Source of the DNA: Raillietiella orientalis
Taxonomy: Eukaryota
NCBI GenBank assembly: GCA_036172245.1
Contig: JAYWIR010000023.1
Location: 2,852,001 to 2,916,000, forward strand
Direction: 5' to 3'
DNA: 64,000 bases
Shown piece by piece: positions 26,761-39,600 of the stretch. A program made the position numbers and the translations under genes. Position 1 is the first letter of the stretch. Every line of letters begins with the position of its first letter. Under the pieces are notes generated by a model. It had not been told where the DNA came from. It did no database searches and worked only from the letters and a program-made list of their open reading frames with translations.

Positions 26761-29700
26761 ACCCATAGCTAGTGGGGGGGAGGAGTTGCGGCGAAGAGCG
26801 CTGGCATGCGAGGCAAAGCAGGATCTTCTCTTCCTTCTTTTCCTTCTTCGTAGCTGCCCCAGATCTGAAGTATGAAAAATTCCCTCTCCCCAAGAACCTT
26901 CGGGGAGATCGGGAGAGAGCGGTATGACCGCCCTCCCTAATTCTTTCTTTTACTTTGCTCCTGACGTCTGGATGCCCATCCTTTGCTGACCGAGCCGGGT
27001 GGGCTCCTTCCGACATGGAGCCAGGATGGCGTCATGAATCCTGGCTGATGCTGTGATCATCCTTGTCTGCGCTCTTTTGTTTTTTTTTTTCCGGATCTGT
27101 TCTGAAGCGAGGCTAAACACCTCCAGTGCATCTCCTGCATCTCAGAGGAGCCCTCCGCGCTTTCCTAATCGCACCCGAGCGTGTCCCTGACATTCGAATG
27201 CTCCAGGGCACAACCGTCGGTTCCATCGCCTCCACTGGTGCCTTTCAAGAGAGCGGAGGTCGTGTCAGTGAGAGGAGGAGGATCCGGAGAAGCGTGGTGT
27301 CGGATGTTTTGCCTGGGGGCTGATCTTGCCCGGAGAGAGGAAGCAATGCCGAGCCTCGCGGGGCTATGTAGATCTGCCTTCTCTATTGAGGTTTTTTGGA
27401 GGCTGGGAGCGGCAGCAGGTAGTCATCTGGGAGGGTAAAAAGAAACGATCCTTGGACTACTCCCGGCGCGCCTGTCGCTCCAGTCACGAAGGAGAGGAGT
27501 GGGAGGGTTGTCCGTTCTTCTCGAGAGAGAGGAGAACGCATCTCGCGCCCTCAGGAAAGCTGGGTGCAAAGGAACACAGTCGTCAGAGCAGCCCAAGGCA
27601 CGAAGAGGCAAGAGGCTTAGGTACGGCGTCCACCTCGTGGGGGATGCGGGACGCAGAGTAGTCGGGAGGGGAAGGCTGCGACACCTCGGAGCTCATGTTG
27701 CTCACGGAGCCCGGAGAGCACCGAGAAGAGGAAAGAACCACCGGGAAAGGGGATGAGGCGGGAAGAGTGGGGCAGAAGGGAGTGGCCGAACGAGGAGCGG
27801 GCTAGATCAGCTTGCAGTCCCTCCCCCCATCCATCCTTCCCCCATGAACGCGGTGCTGCTCCCCTGGCGCGCGTGCGGGGAGGCACCCGGAGGGGGAGAA
27901 GGTTTCGCTGCACTTCCTGCTCTTCCGTCTTCGCGTCCTTCCTGCCTCGCCCGTACGAGAACCGCTCTGCCTCTTGCGCGCCCCTCTGTATCCAGCTTCC
28001 CCGCGGGCGCGAGATGCGTCCTCCCCTCTCCCGAGAAGAACGGACTACCCTGCCACTCCTCCTTCCACCCCCTTCCCTAGACTGGGGCGGCAAGGGGCGC
28101 GGCGGGTCTTTTCCTGAAAACTGGGTAGTTCGCAGGGTTGGAAGCGGCTCCTCAGTCGTCTCAACGGCAAAAAAAAAAAAAAAAAAAGGAGTGAGGTGGG
28201 GGGGAGGACACTACAGAGGTCCAAGAAAATCCACGAAAGGGACGAGAAGAAGAAGAGGTGGCCCCCGTCTGGTTCGCAGCGGTCCCGGATCCGACAGCAA
28301 GATGACTGCGACGGCTGTTTGCAATCCTTTGGGTGGCCGCGGTTTCAGTTGTCAGGAAGCCCCACGGTTTGGTCCCCTTCCCCCGCGAGTCTTCCACAGG
28401 GAAAAAGACCGGAGCGCCCTTCCTTTCCCCGATGCCGAGGACCACGAGCGCCGACGGATGTTCCCTAGGGACATCCTTTCCGCGTCCGGTAGGGGCTCGT
28501 TCTCTTGCTCACCGGAAGAACGAAGAGAGAACCCTAGTAGCGGGCACAGTGCGCTGCGGGGCATTTTGAGGTCACAGTTTTCGGATGCCGGGAATCGATG
28601 GTATCACCGAGGCGACCAGGAGACTCGCGGAAACCCCTCCCTATTCCCAGGGAACGAGGTGGTTTCTTCTTCCCAGTAGTTTTTGTAAGAGAATGAGAAA
28701 GAAAGGGGAGGAAAGAGAAACTCCCTCCAGGGGGAGTCGCGGAAACATCCCGGAGCTTCCTGCTCGGACGGGAAGGCGAGGAGGAACCTCTTCGAGAGCG
28801 GTGGCGAGGCCCTCCCAGGGAGCGGTGGATTCCCGCCGGGTCTCGGAAGCCTCCTGGATAGATGACGTCTTCATAGCTTCGGCGGCGCATCACCTGCGCG
28901 TTCGTGCCCCGAGGGAGGGCGGGAATCCGCAAGAGGAGCGGCTCCGTTGCCCGGTGACAGGTGACGGAGCGGACCTCACGCGTGCGGAAAATTGACCTGC
29001 CGGTCCTTCATCTTGCTGGGAGGCGGCGAGGAGGCGGAGGTGCGGGGTGAGGAGGAGGAGGAGGAGAGGGAGAGAGCAGGGGGAGGGTAAGGCCAAGACC
29101 CGTCGATGATATAGAGGTCACCCAGAAACCAACTCCCCTATCCGATGCACGAGATGTCGAACGCACGCTCGGGGGACGGCGACGTAAGGGGGGAGGAGGG
29201 AGAAAGCGGGGGGAGGGGGAGGGAACTCCTCCATAAATCAGAGCGCCCAGGGCGCTCCGTTGTGGAAGACTGGCGGGAGGCCCCACTCCCGAGAAAACGT
29301 TTGTTTACGTTCGCGTCACTCGCCGGGAATCCCTGGGAAAGTGGGCGCGCGCAGACGGAGGGTGAGGAGGGAAGGGGGGAAGGGTGGAGGATCGGCGGGG
29401 AGCAGCAGAAAGGCGGGGAAAGGAAGGACGGCGCTTCCCTGCGGGGGACCGTGAGGAGGTCGGCCTTCGTCACCTCCCCTCCCTTCCTCCCCCGTCCCTC
29501 TGTGTGGACGCGGGCAGGGATTCCTCCTTCCATGCTGCCTCTTCCTCCCTCTCCTCCTCCCCATCCGTCGGCTTCGAGCCGACTCAGCTGCCCACGTGAC
29601 ATTAAGGAAAAAAAGGGAAGGAAAAAAGGAAAAAAAAGCAAAGGGAGTCTCTTTTAGGATGAGGGAGTGGAGGGAGGCGGGGCAACACAGCATGGAACGC

Positions 29701-30570
29701 ACCCTCCGTCCAATCCGACTCCCCTTCGACACCAGAGGGGTGCCATGAGCCCTTCCGCATCCCTCTCGGGGACGCGCACGCGTCCACTTCCTCCGGACGC
29801 CCGAGGGGTGCGGAGGGTGGGGACGCGCGTCCGCTGCCAGCAGGCTCCCCCTTTTTCCCCTTTCCTTGCTCCGGGAGAAAACCCGTCAGGACGGCGCTCC
29901 TCCTGCTGCCTCCTTTTGCCGCGCGCGTGCAAGGAAGCAGCGTTAGGATTCGCGCCAGGTTGGGCCCACCAGCGCCACTGACACCTCCCCCCCCTTCCTG
30001 GCGGACGCCTCTCTTCCGCACCCTCCGAGGGCAGCCTGGGTGGGCGGCGAGCTCCTCCCAGGGAGCGGCGATCTCCAGCGACCCGGGCAGTGCAAAATGA
30101 GGCGGAGCCGACAGTCGCGATGGCGTCCGTCCTCGGAGTCGGGAAAGACGGGGGTTGGCGGCTCGCCCCTCGGGGGAAAAGGAGGGATGGCGGAAGGGCG
30201 GTGATGGAGGCGTCGCCGCTGCCGTGGCGCCCGCAGGGGCGCCCCGCGCCCGCTGTTCGGCAAACAGGGCGGTGATGGAGACATCAGGCCGGGCGGGACG
30301 GCAATTACTCCCTGATTTATGGTCCCATGGAAGAGCGGGGGCGGTGGCAGGCCGCAGAGGATTAGGGGTAAACGACTCTTTTCCCCGCGCTCGGCCGGGC
30401 CGCGCTCTGAAGCCTCTGAGGGAGGGCGGTAGGCTGGCCCCGCTCTTCCTGAGAGCACGAGCTCCCCCACACCTTGGAGGCAGGGAGGGGAGGTATTTTC
30501 TCCCCCGTTTCCTCCTCCTCGTTCCCTCTGGCTTCCAGTCTTCGAAAAGAAGGGGGGAAGGGAATGGAGA

Positions 30571-30623
30571 TGCGCATTCTCGGAATTGTGCATTCTCGGA
30601 GTTGCGCGTTCTCGGAGCTGCGC
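30571..30623. repeat. 16-bp tandem repeat x3.3
   Basis: TGCGCATTCTCGGAAT TGTGCATTCTCGGAGT TGCGCGTTCTCGGAGC TGCGC. Confidence 0.9.
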
Positions 30624-33600
30624 CCTTCCTGGTTCCCTCTGGGGCGAGCCGCCGCCGACTCGGCGCCGGTGCGCGCCGCCGCGGCCTCCACAGTCACCCC
30701 CTCTTTGGGTTTTCTCTCCGCCCCCTGTGGCGCTCCTCTGTGGCAGGAGGAGGAGGCGTCGAGAGAAAGGGGGTGATCGCCTTTCCTCGTTTCCCGGGAG
30801 CCTCCCCCCCCGCGTGACTCATGTCTCCTTCTTCCCCCTCCCCCTTTCCCCCTCGCGTGCGTGTGCATCCGAGGGTTTCGGGGTCTCCTGGGGCACCGGC
30901 TGTGACTCCTCTCGTGTCGCCATCTGTCGACCTGGGGGGAAGGCGGAGAGAAGACGGACAAAGGGGAGGAGGCCCTGGAAGCAGGCGGAAGATCGCAGGG
31001 ATGCAAACCAGCCAGGAGGAAGGGTAGGGGAAGATGCTGACTGGCGTGGAGGATTCTTCCTCCCTCCTGTCTTCCTCCCCTCTGCTCGCCCTCGGCCTGC
31101 CCTGCTGCCATCCTTTGGAGGTGGGACGGCGTGGAGGGGGACATGGGAGAGCAATGGGAGAGGAGGAAGAGGATGGAGGGACGCAGGGCAGCGGCGGCGT
31201 CCCCGCTCTGAATGACCTCGCGATAAGCGGATCGGGATGCCGGAGACGTTGCGGTTCCCATTGCAGGTCATCCGGAGGGGCAACTGGACCAAGCCTGGCG
31301 AAGGCTGCGGCGGGCTGCTCTACTTTCTTTGGCATGCGCGCCCGTGGCGCCGGCGCTGCGAGACGGGAAGGCGGACCGAAAGCGTCCACCTCCTCCCGCT
31401 CACCGGCGCGCTCGGGAGACGTGTCGCCTCGAAGACGCTGATGCGCGGCAGCAGGCGCGTCCTCCCTCCCTCCCCCTCACTTCCTGGCCTCGCACGAGCC
31501 TTCCCCCGCACGGTGCGAGCATCTGCCATCCGCAACGGCTGCTTCGCCGTCCCTAATCGTGCAGCTCCAGGGCTGATGGCTCCTCCCTCCAGGGTCTTAT
31601 CCGCCGGCCTTCACCCTGGGCGAGTCCGTTCAGGAGGAAGGCGGCCGAAATGGAGGAGGAGGAGAGGGAGGTAAACCCGATTTTCCGATCGAAGCGCCTC
31701 CGTGGTGTGAACGGGCGGAGAGAGAGTCCTCTCTCCTTCCTACTCCCGGTCCGAGGCACCTTTGCTAAGCTTGAAGCACAGGAAGAACACTCCCCTCTCC
31801 CCTCTTTTTCGTCGGGAAGGATCTCAGAAGCGCCCGCCCGCCAGCTACTGGTAGGGAAGGGGACACAGAGGGGATGAAGAGGAAAGGAAAAGGAATGCTC
31901 GCAAGTACGACTTTCAGGAGGTGGGATCGACAGCTCCCTGGAAAAAGGCGTGCCACCAGGACGGGCCGTGGAATCACCCGCTTTCCCACCCCCTAATCCC
32001 CTCGGGCAACTCGGATACCCCAACCTTTCCATGGAGAAAGGTGTACAGATCGCTTCCCGCTCCTCGCTTCCCCGAGAGAACGGAAAGGGATGGGAACTCC
32101 ATCCAGAGCTGATTGCTGCTGCTTCTGCCGCTACCGATCTGGTTCTTCGAAGTGGGGACCGAGGCAGCCTCAGCAGCCGGTGGGATGGATGCTCTTCACG
32201 GCAGGACCATGGAAACTGTGGAACGTTTCTCTCCCTTTGCCAAGATGGCAGCAAGCGCCGCCCTTCCTTGAGGTTCTCTGTAGAGGCGCAAGGGCTAGGG
32301 GAAGGCTGCTGAGGTCATTCCGATGCTGGCTCAGCCAGCGCCGGCGTTTCCCGCCGCATAGCGTGGTGGTCTCCGGGGCGCTTCCGAAGGGTCCGCTGGC
32401 GTCCCCTCTCACGACCAGATGCCCGGGATGAGATGTAGGACCTGCTCCCGGCGCAATGCCCGGGTCTGCCTGCCAAAGACAGAGACCGGGAGGAATGAAG
32501 AACAGGAAATTGGGGGGAAAAGGAGGGGGAGGACATCTCGGCGCATCAGATTCCTCCCTGAGGGGAAGAGGGAGGGATAGAAAGGAACGGGGTGCACGCT
32601 CCCACAGAAAACCGAAACGGCCACCCGGGGAGAGGCGAGGGCGGAGACGAACAGCGTGGCACTCTGCCGGAGGAGAGAGGGCATTCCCACGAGGGAGGGG
32701 GAGAAAGACAAGCGCCATCTCGAGTGGGAGGAAGGAGACGGCAGCGGAGGAGCTGGACCAGGTGGGGGTGGTTCAGCGACCCCGCACCCTACCGCACGCT
32801 GCATTTGAGCGCGTCCGTCTCCGGAGAGACGGCGCCAATGGCTGCTCGGAGGGCGGCGGCGTTTCGAAAGGGCGAGACTCAGGGCCAGGAAATGACCCTC
32901 CTCCTGTCTCCCTTTTTCTTCCTTCTCGGCATCCCAGATGCCTGTCTCCCTCTCAAGATGGCATGGAAGGAGCCGCGCTCGCGTTCCTGGATGCGGGGAC
33001 CGGAAGGAGGGTCAGGAGAAATGGGGAATGCGCGGGAAGGGAGAATTCCCCTGAGGAGGTTCGAAACGATCGGGATTTTTGATCTTCCCTCTCCCTGCAT
33101 TCTTCCCTGCCTCCTTTGCCGTGTCGGCAGCTTTTGCTAACCGAGAGCGAACATCCTGTTGCCTCCCTCCCTTCCCGTCCTCTTGTCGGAGCAGCAGGAG
33201 CACCCCTCTTCCTCCATCCACGAGAGCATGCACTTGTTCTTCCTCTCCGCCTGGAACGAGCTCCCTCTGGCCGCATCCGAGTCCATAGGCATCCCCGGGA
33301 GTGGCTCACTCGCTCCCTTACCTCCCTCCCCCATCCTCACCCTTCCCTTCCTTCTCATTGGAGGAGGGTAGGAAAAAGGAGGAGGAAGAGGACGGGAAAA
33401 AACTCCTTCTGGAGACTTACGGTTCGTTCCCGGAGCGGAGAAGCTTCCTCCGCCGTTAGGAGGGGTAGGAGGAAGTCCGTACCGTTGTCCCTTGAGCAGC
33501 CAGAGGAGGAGGAGGGCGGGGAGCAGTGGGGTGGGTGAGTGCGGCCTAATCCTCCCGATCCGCGGCGGCTACAAACCCTCCGGAGAGGCCGGCGACCCTT

Positions 33601-36600
33601 CTATTTCACTCCTGGAGGGAGAAGGGAGGGAACTTTGCCCTGCCTCCCGAGCACGCCTTACCCGCCCTCGCAGGCGGGTTCTCCCGGGTCGCGCCCCGGA
33701 GGAAGGTGGTTCGTGTCCTCAGGGGCGGCGCCGCCGCGGAACGCCAGGCGCGTAATTACCAATCTGTCAGCGGATGATGGAGAGATGAGCAGCTGTCGGC
33801 TAATTGATGCTGATTATCTCCTCCGTTCCTCCCGACCCCGGGAGTTTCCGTTCTCTTGGCGACGGGCGAGGGTCCTTCTCGGCTCGCCCTCTCGTCGTCG
33901 ACCGAAAGGCGAGCGGGGGAGAGGCGCCCTCGTGCCGACCTGCACAGCCGGAACTGCGCAAGCATCCCGGAACATCTCTCGGAGGGACGGGTGGGGGGTG
34001 AGGTGAGGGAGAATGGGGTGAGAGAGAAGACGGAAGGAAAGGGACGGCCCTCGATCCGAGTCCCTTCGTTCGTCATCAGATGACTCGCGTTCGCCTGATG
34101 GGGAAGAGCAAGGAAGGGCAAGAAGACAGCTGGACCCCCGGCAGTGGGCGCAATCCTTCCTGCCACAGAAAGAGACTCGCAGTCTATGGGAACCCCGCGG
34201 AGCTCTCCCGGTTTCTCTGTTCCTCCGCCCGCGCTCCCCCCCTCGTTTCTCCCTCGGGCACGCTCCTGACCAGTCCTCGAGAGCAGCCTCGAAAGGTGAA
34301 ATGCCGCAGCGGAACGTCTTTGGACGCTTTCCCCGGACGCCCTTCCTCATCACCATCCGAGGATCTGCATCTTCGAGCTACGGGAGAAGGAAATTCGGTT
34401 TCCCTCCCGTTTTGCGACTTCCCTACCTACCTTGCCACTTGGATGCATCGGAAGATCTCCTGGATCGCCGGAGGCGATTTCCGAAAGAATCCAAACGTGC
34501 CGAGGGATGCGAAGGAAAAAAAAAACAAATTGAGAGGGAAGGAGGAGGAGTAACCTGGACGCGATCAGGGTTCCGTCCCTTCGAGCGCCTGCGGAGGAGA
34601 CAAATCGGAAGAGGGAAGGGAGAGGGGAGAAGCTTGGAAACCGGTCCCGAACACGCGTGGCACGCAGCCACCGCGACCGCCTGTCCCTGAATCCTCCCTT
34701 CTCTGCCGAATAAAAGAGCCGGAGAATGAGGGGGGAAAGGTGACGACGACGAGGAGGAGGTGGAGGACGAGGGGGAGGCAGATCACGTTCCTGCCTCGAG
34801 CTCCCGACTGACTCTACTCTTCCCTTCATTTCCCTCTTCCTTCTTGTGAGACACTGGATAAATTTATCCCCCCCCCCTCCGGGAGGAGCGGATAGCCCCG
34901 GCTTTAGGCGCAACCTTCCAGGAAACTCGTCCCCTTCACACACGAGGGATCCCTTCCCTGATCGTACGCGCGTGCCCCCAGCCGGGTTGCCCTACTGCTT
35001 CACGAGGGAAGGGAGGGAGGGGATGCCCGCTGTCCTTCGATGGGCAGAAAAAACCTAGCCTCGAGGGAAGTCCACCTTTCCTCCCCTTCCTGACACCCAG
35101 ACCGCTGTCGGCAAAGCAGGGATTGCTGGAAATCCCTGCTCGCGCCCTTTTGCGGGAATATGCAGAATTCTCGCACCCGGGAGGCGCCAGGAGAGGGAGG
35201 AAGAGCGCGCGCGTCCAGCGTTCCTAAGTTCGGGGAGCCAGGAAGCTTCTCTGAATCTCCTGGAAGCTCATCCTCCCGGGAGGTCACCCACGGTGGCATC
35301 TTGCCGGCTCATCTACTCAAAGTGTCCATCTGGTCCCCGAGGCCACAGAAGTGCTCGAAGGGGTTGTCGCAAAGACGTCGCACCTCGTTCTACCAGCAGG
35401 GCTTCCCGTGATGCCTCCTTCCCAGGGACGGCGCTTTCGGTCCCTGTCTCCCCCTCGCCCTCCTCTCCGAGAGCGTTGGACCCTTCGGGCCGGATGAAAA
35501 GAGGTCTGGAGAGAGGGCTGGCAGAGACGAGTTCATGCTGTATCTTTCCCTATTCCTTTCAGCACATGGCTCTTGGCGGTGCCGCGACCCGCACACCGTC
35601 ATGAGGGTCGGCACCCTCGGCCGACGATGGAGCAGGCTGGCTGGTAAGGCGTGCCAAGGTGGGGTGGCAGCCCCTTGTCATTCCACGCGTACTCACGCAC
35701 GAGTGCGCGCGCGCGAGCTTTCTCTTTCCCTTCCCCCCTTTTCTCTCCCCTCCCGAATCTTTCCGCGCTACTCATGGACAGCAGCGCCCGACCTGGTGAG
35801 GTGGCAGAAGGGGGAAACTGCATGCATCTTGGTCGGCGCCTCCCGTTCGGAAGGATGGTTCCCTCCCGGAGAAGGGGGCGAGAAGGAGGAGGCAACTGCC
35901 TCCCCACCTCGTGGCTTCCTATCTCCCCCTTTTTCTCCTGAGCAGGAGGAACCAGATTCTTACATGACCCTGGATCTCTCTCTCAACTCCGTGTTCATCG
36001 AGTTTCCGACGGGAAAGATTGGGTCGAAGAAGGACTCAGGACGTCTCCGAGACTCCATCCAGGCTGGTGGTCATCCCCTCTTCCGGACCTGTGGAGGGGA
36101 GGAACGGTCTCCGGATCAAGCGACCCTCCGATTACGCCCCCTCCTCCTCTTCCTCCATCCCTTTCGCGAAGCAGGGAGAGAGGGAGGGCGTTCCTGCGAT
36201 GGAGCGCGCCGAGTGCGTTGCACACTGCCGTCGCTGCGGAGCTTCCGGCACGCATGAGAAAGACTGTTTCGTTCCCGATTGCCCGGGAGCGCAGCGATCT
36301 CCCGAGTGCAGGATCGCTCGTGGCCTGTTCGACCCCCGTCGGTGGCGCACTATGCTTCTCTGGGTTTGGCCTTCCTGTGGTTGCCCGGAAACGGAGAAAC
36401 GAGCGCGAGGGATGCAGGGCGAGCACCTGCTGAGGAGGAACGATCGCTAGCGGGGGGAGGGAAAGTGGAAGAGAGAACGTGAAGCAGCTCTCTTTTCCGC
36501 GAAGGAGAGGTCGAAGGAAGATGCCCTGAGGAAATTTCCCGAGGAGGAAGAGGAGGGGCCTCCAGAATGAGATTCACCAAACACGCCACCCAGAGACGGG

Positions 36601-39600
36601 GGTCCAGGAGATCGACCCTTGTGGAGAGTCTTTGCCTTACCTGCTCCGAAAGGGAGGAAGCGCCACATTTTTTTTTTTCTTTGGTCTTTTCTAGGATGGG
36701 CGGGTCTTGCACTTTCGAGGAGTCTTCCTCCTCAGTCCCCATCCACGTTGAGAATCAGACCCTACGGCTTCGGAGTCTCTCTGCCTCCCGAGCCTGATGA
36801 CCTGGAGCTCCCGCGTCCTAGGAAAGGGGAAGAGATCCCTCTTCCCCCGCACATCCGCATGGTGGGGGATCGGAGAGAGAAAAAGGAGACGGGTGCTCCT
36901 GTTGCCGCAGCATCCACCTCCCACGCACCGCAAGTCTCCGGAAGAAAACCAAGAGTCGCCGAACTCCAGGGAGGAAGACAGGGGGAGGAGGAGGAGAATT
37001 GGAGGGAGGAGGAAGATGGAACGGGAGAGAAAAAAAGAGAGAGAGAAAGAGGAAATTCCTTCCTGGAGAGGACACGGCGCAGGAGACGGCGGTGGCTCTT
37101 GGAGGTCCGGCGTCTCTGTGGCGGGAAGGGAGCAGACGGGAGTGGACGCCATCGGCGTCCTCCTTCCTCCCCCCGGCGGGGGCGGAGAGCGAACACGGAT
37201 TACGGCGAGCAGCCCAGGGACCTCCGTGGTCGCTCGGACTGCTCGCCGTCGCCCGATAATCGGAGGGGACGCGCTGCCTCTCGCCTGATCCCGCCGCCGC
37301 CGCGTGGCAACGGACCGTCGCGGCGGTTTTTCATTGCTCGTGAAATCGGCCCGGAGTAAACAAGGAGCGCGCCGCCCTTCTCCCTTCCGACTTCGACTCC
37401 AGGACTCGCTTTCTTCTCCCACTCCCTGAGGTCCGGGGCACCCGCTGGCGAGGGACGAATCCTCGTCACCGACCTCCCCCACTTTCCAGGAAAGTTCTCC
37501 GGGACCCCGTCGCGCCTGAAGATGGCTCGCGTCATGTCCAGGCAGGATCCTATTTTCGGAGAGGCTCTCGAGTCGGCAAGACTCCATGAGCGCTCCCGAG
37601 AGGCTGGGGAAGCCGGGACACACACAGGTGCGCGCGTCTCTCTCTCTCTCCTCTTTCCTGCCCTTCCTCCTCGCGTCTCCTTTCCCCTCTCCCGATTCCT
37701 CGCGGAACTCGGGGGAGTAGGAGGGATCTCAGAGAAGCTGCAAGGAGAGAAGAATGCGATAGGGAGGGAAGGGAGGAAGGAGTCGCCTTGGAGTCTCCTC
37801 TGCGCGAGAAAGAGGGGGAAGGGAAACGGGAGCGGGGAAAGGAGGGAAGACTCAGAGGACTGAGGCCGCTACTCAAACCGTAGGGAAGGGGAGAGCCTCT
37901 CGTGGGGAGAATGGGAAAACTGGGAGATCAGCAAAGGATGGGAAAGCATGCTCTCTTGCTCTGGATTCCTGCTTCTGTTCCCGAAGGGAGGCGTCGGCAG
38001 GAAGGGCAGTTAAGCACGAGCAAACCAGGCGCTTGCAGAGACGACAGAGGGAAGAGGAGGAACGGTGGGAGGCGGAACGGGAAGACGAACGGAAAGGGCT
38101 CGGCGTCGGCAGAAAGGGAGGGTCTGCGCCGTTCTGCGGCGAGGCAGGGAATCCCTCCTTCCTGCCCACGGACTCTTTGGGGCCCGGCGGATATAAGGGG
38201 AAAACAACGAGGGAGCTGCACCACGAAGGGGGGTGCGGCTGGGACGTCTCCCTCCCTCCCTCCTCCCGCCTCCCCGCCACACTTACGGGGGCGGACAGAA
38301 AATGGCATCCATCACCAATCCCGACGTGCTTTCGGGGGTCGGAGGTGAGGCGGAGGAGGAATTCCGTGAGTCGGCGAAGCCCGGCGGGAAGAAGGATCGG
38401 AGAGGGGGCGAGGAGGAGAGGCGCGCAGGTGGGTGGGGCGTCGGTGGAGGGTCGCGTCAATCTGCCCCGCGGAGCCTCCCCCCGCGCCGCTGCAACATGT
38501 CCGTGGCGACAGGTCAATGAGTGCCCCAGAGACCGTGAAATCGGACGTCGCGGGTCTCGCCGGCGAGATGCTGCTTCAGATAGGGTGGATCCTTATCTAC
38601 GGTGGGGACGGGGTGGGGGCGCGAGCGCACACAAGGAATAGGGACCCGGGGGTGCTCCGATGGTATCGCCTCCGAGCTCATCCCTTATCTCTCGGGAAGA
38701 AGGGAAGCGGAGAGGGAGTGGAGGGTCACTGCTGCCCTTTCGCGCCGGGACAAATGGGAGTGTCGTGGCCGTCGTCACATCATCTCGGGAGGAGAGGAGG
38801 CGGAAATGCGGGATGAAAAAAAAAGAGGGGTGGCAAAGGACACGGGCATTCTGAGGGAACGGCGGAGGGGACAGCGATGATTTATGTCCGCATGAGGTCC
38901 GGGATCAGATAGTGAGGGGGGGGACGTGCTCCCTCCTTCCTATCCTCTTGTACCGGAGGGCGCGTGCGCGCACTTCAGCCACTGTCACCGTGGAGATGCG
39001 CTTCCGTGCAACATTTCGTCCAGCCGACCCTCATTGCGGGATGGGAGAAAAAAGGAAGTGTTGGTGGCGAAGGGAGGGGAAAAGGGGGCTTTCTTACGCC
39101 TGGGAATCGGTTCTTTACCACAGGCCTTCACCAGCCTGCTCGGAAGGACGGTCTACTTCCCCGTGGTGCGGCCGATGGGATCAGAGGTAAACCCTCGTAC
39201 TCTTGTTTCGCCCAAACAACTCCTTCTTTCCTTCCCCCTCCCCTCTTTCCTCCTTCGTAAACACCCCTTGCCCTCCTGCACACACAAGGAGACGAAAAGA
39301 GGGTCTCCTAGCAACCGGACCGAGGAGACCTTCATCCTTTGGCTCTTAGCTCGCTACCCACCTCCCTTCCCCTGCTGCAGATCGTCTCCGGTGCACTCCA
39401 GAACTCTCTCCAGGAACGCCCACGGGCAAGCAACCGCCGCCAGTTTGCCCGCCTTGTGTGCGGCCGACAGTCGGTTCTTCCCTGCCCCGGATGGTTCGAC
39501 CCCGCTTGCGTGCTGAGCTCGCTCTTCCCCTCACGGGTCTTGGCCTCGAACTGGAGCGCTCCCCGGCCTCCCCTCCCTTCCCTTCCCTTGCATCGCTGGA

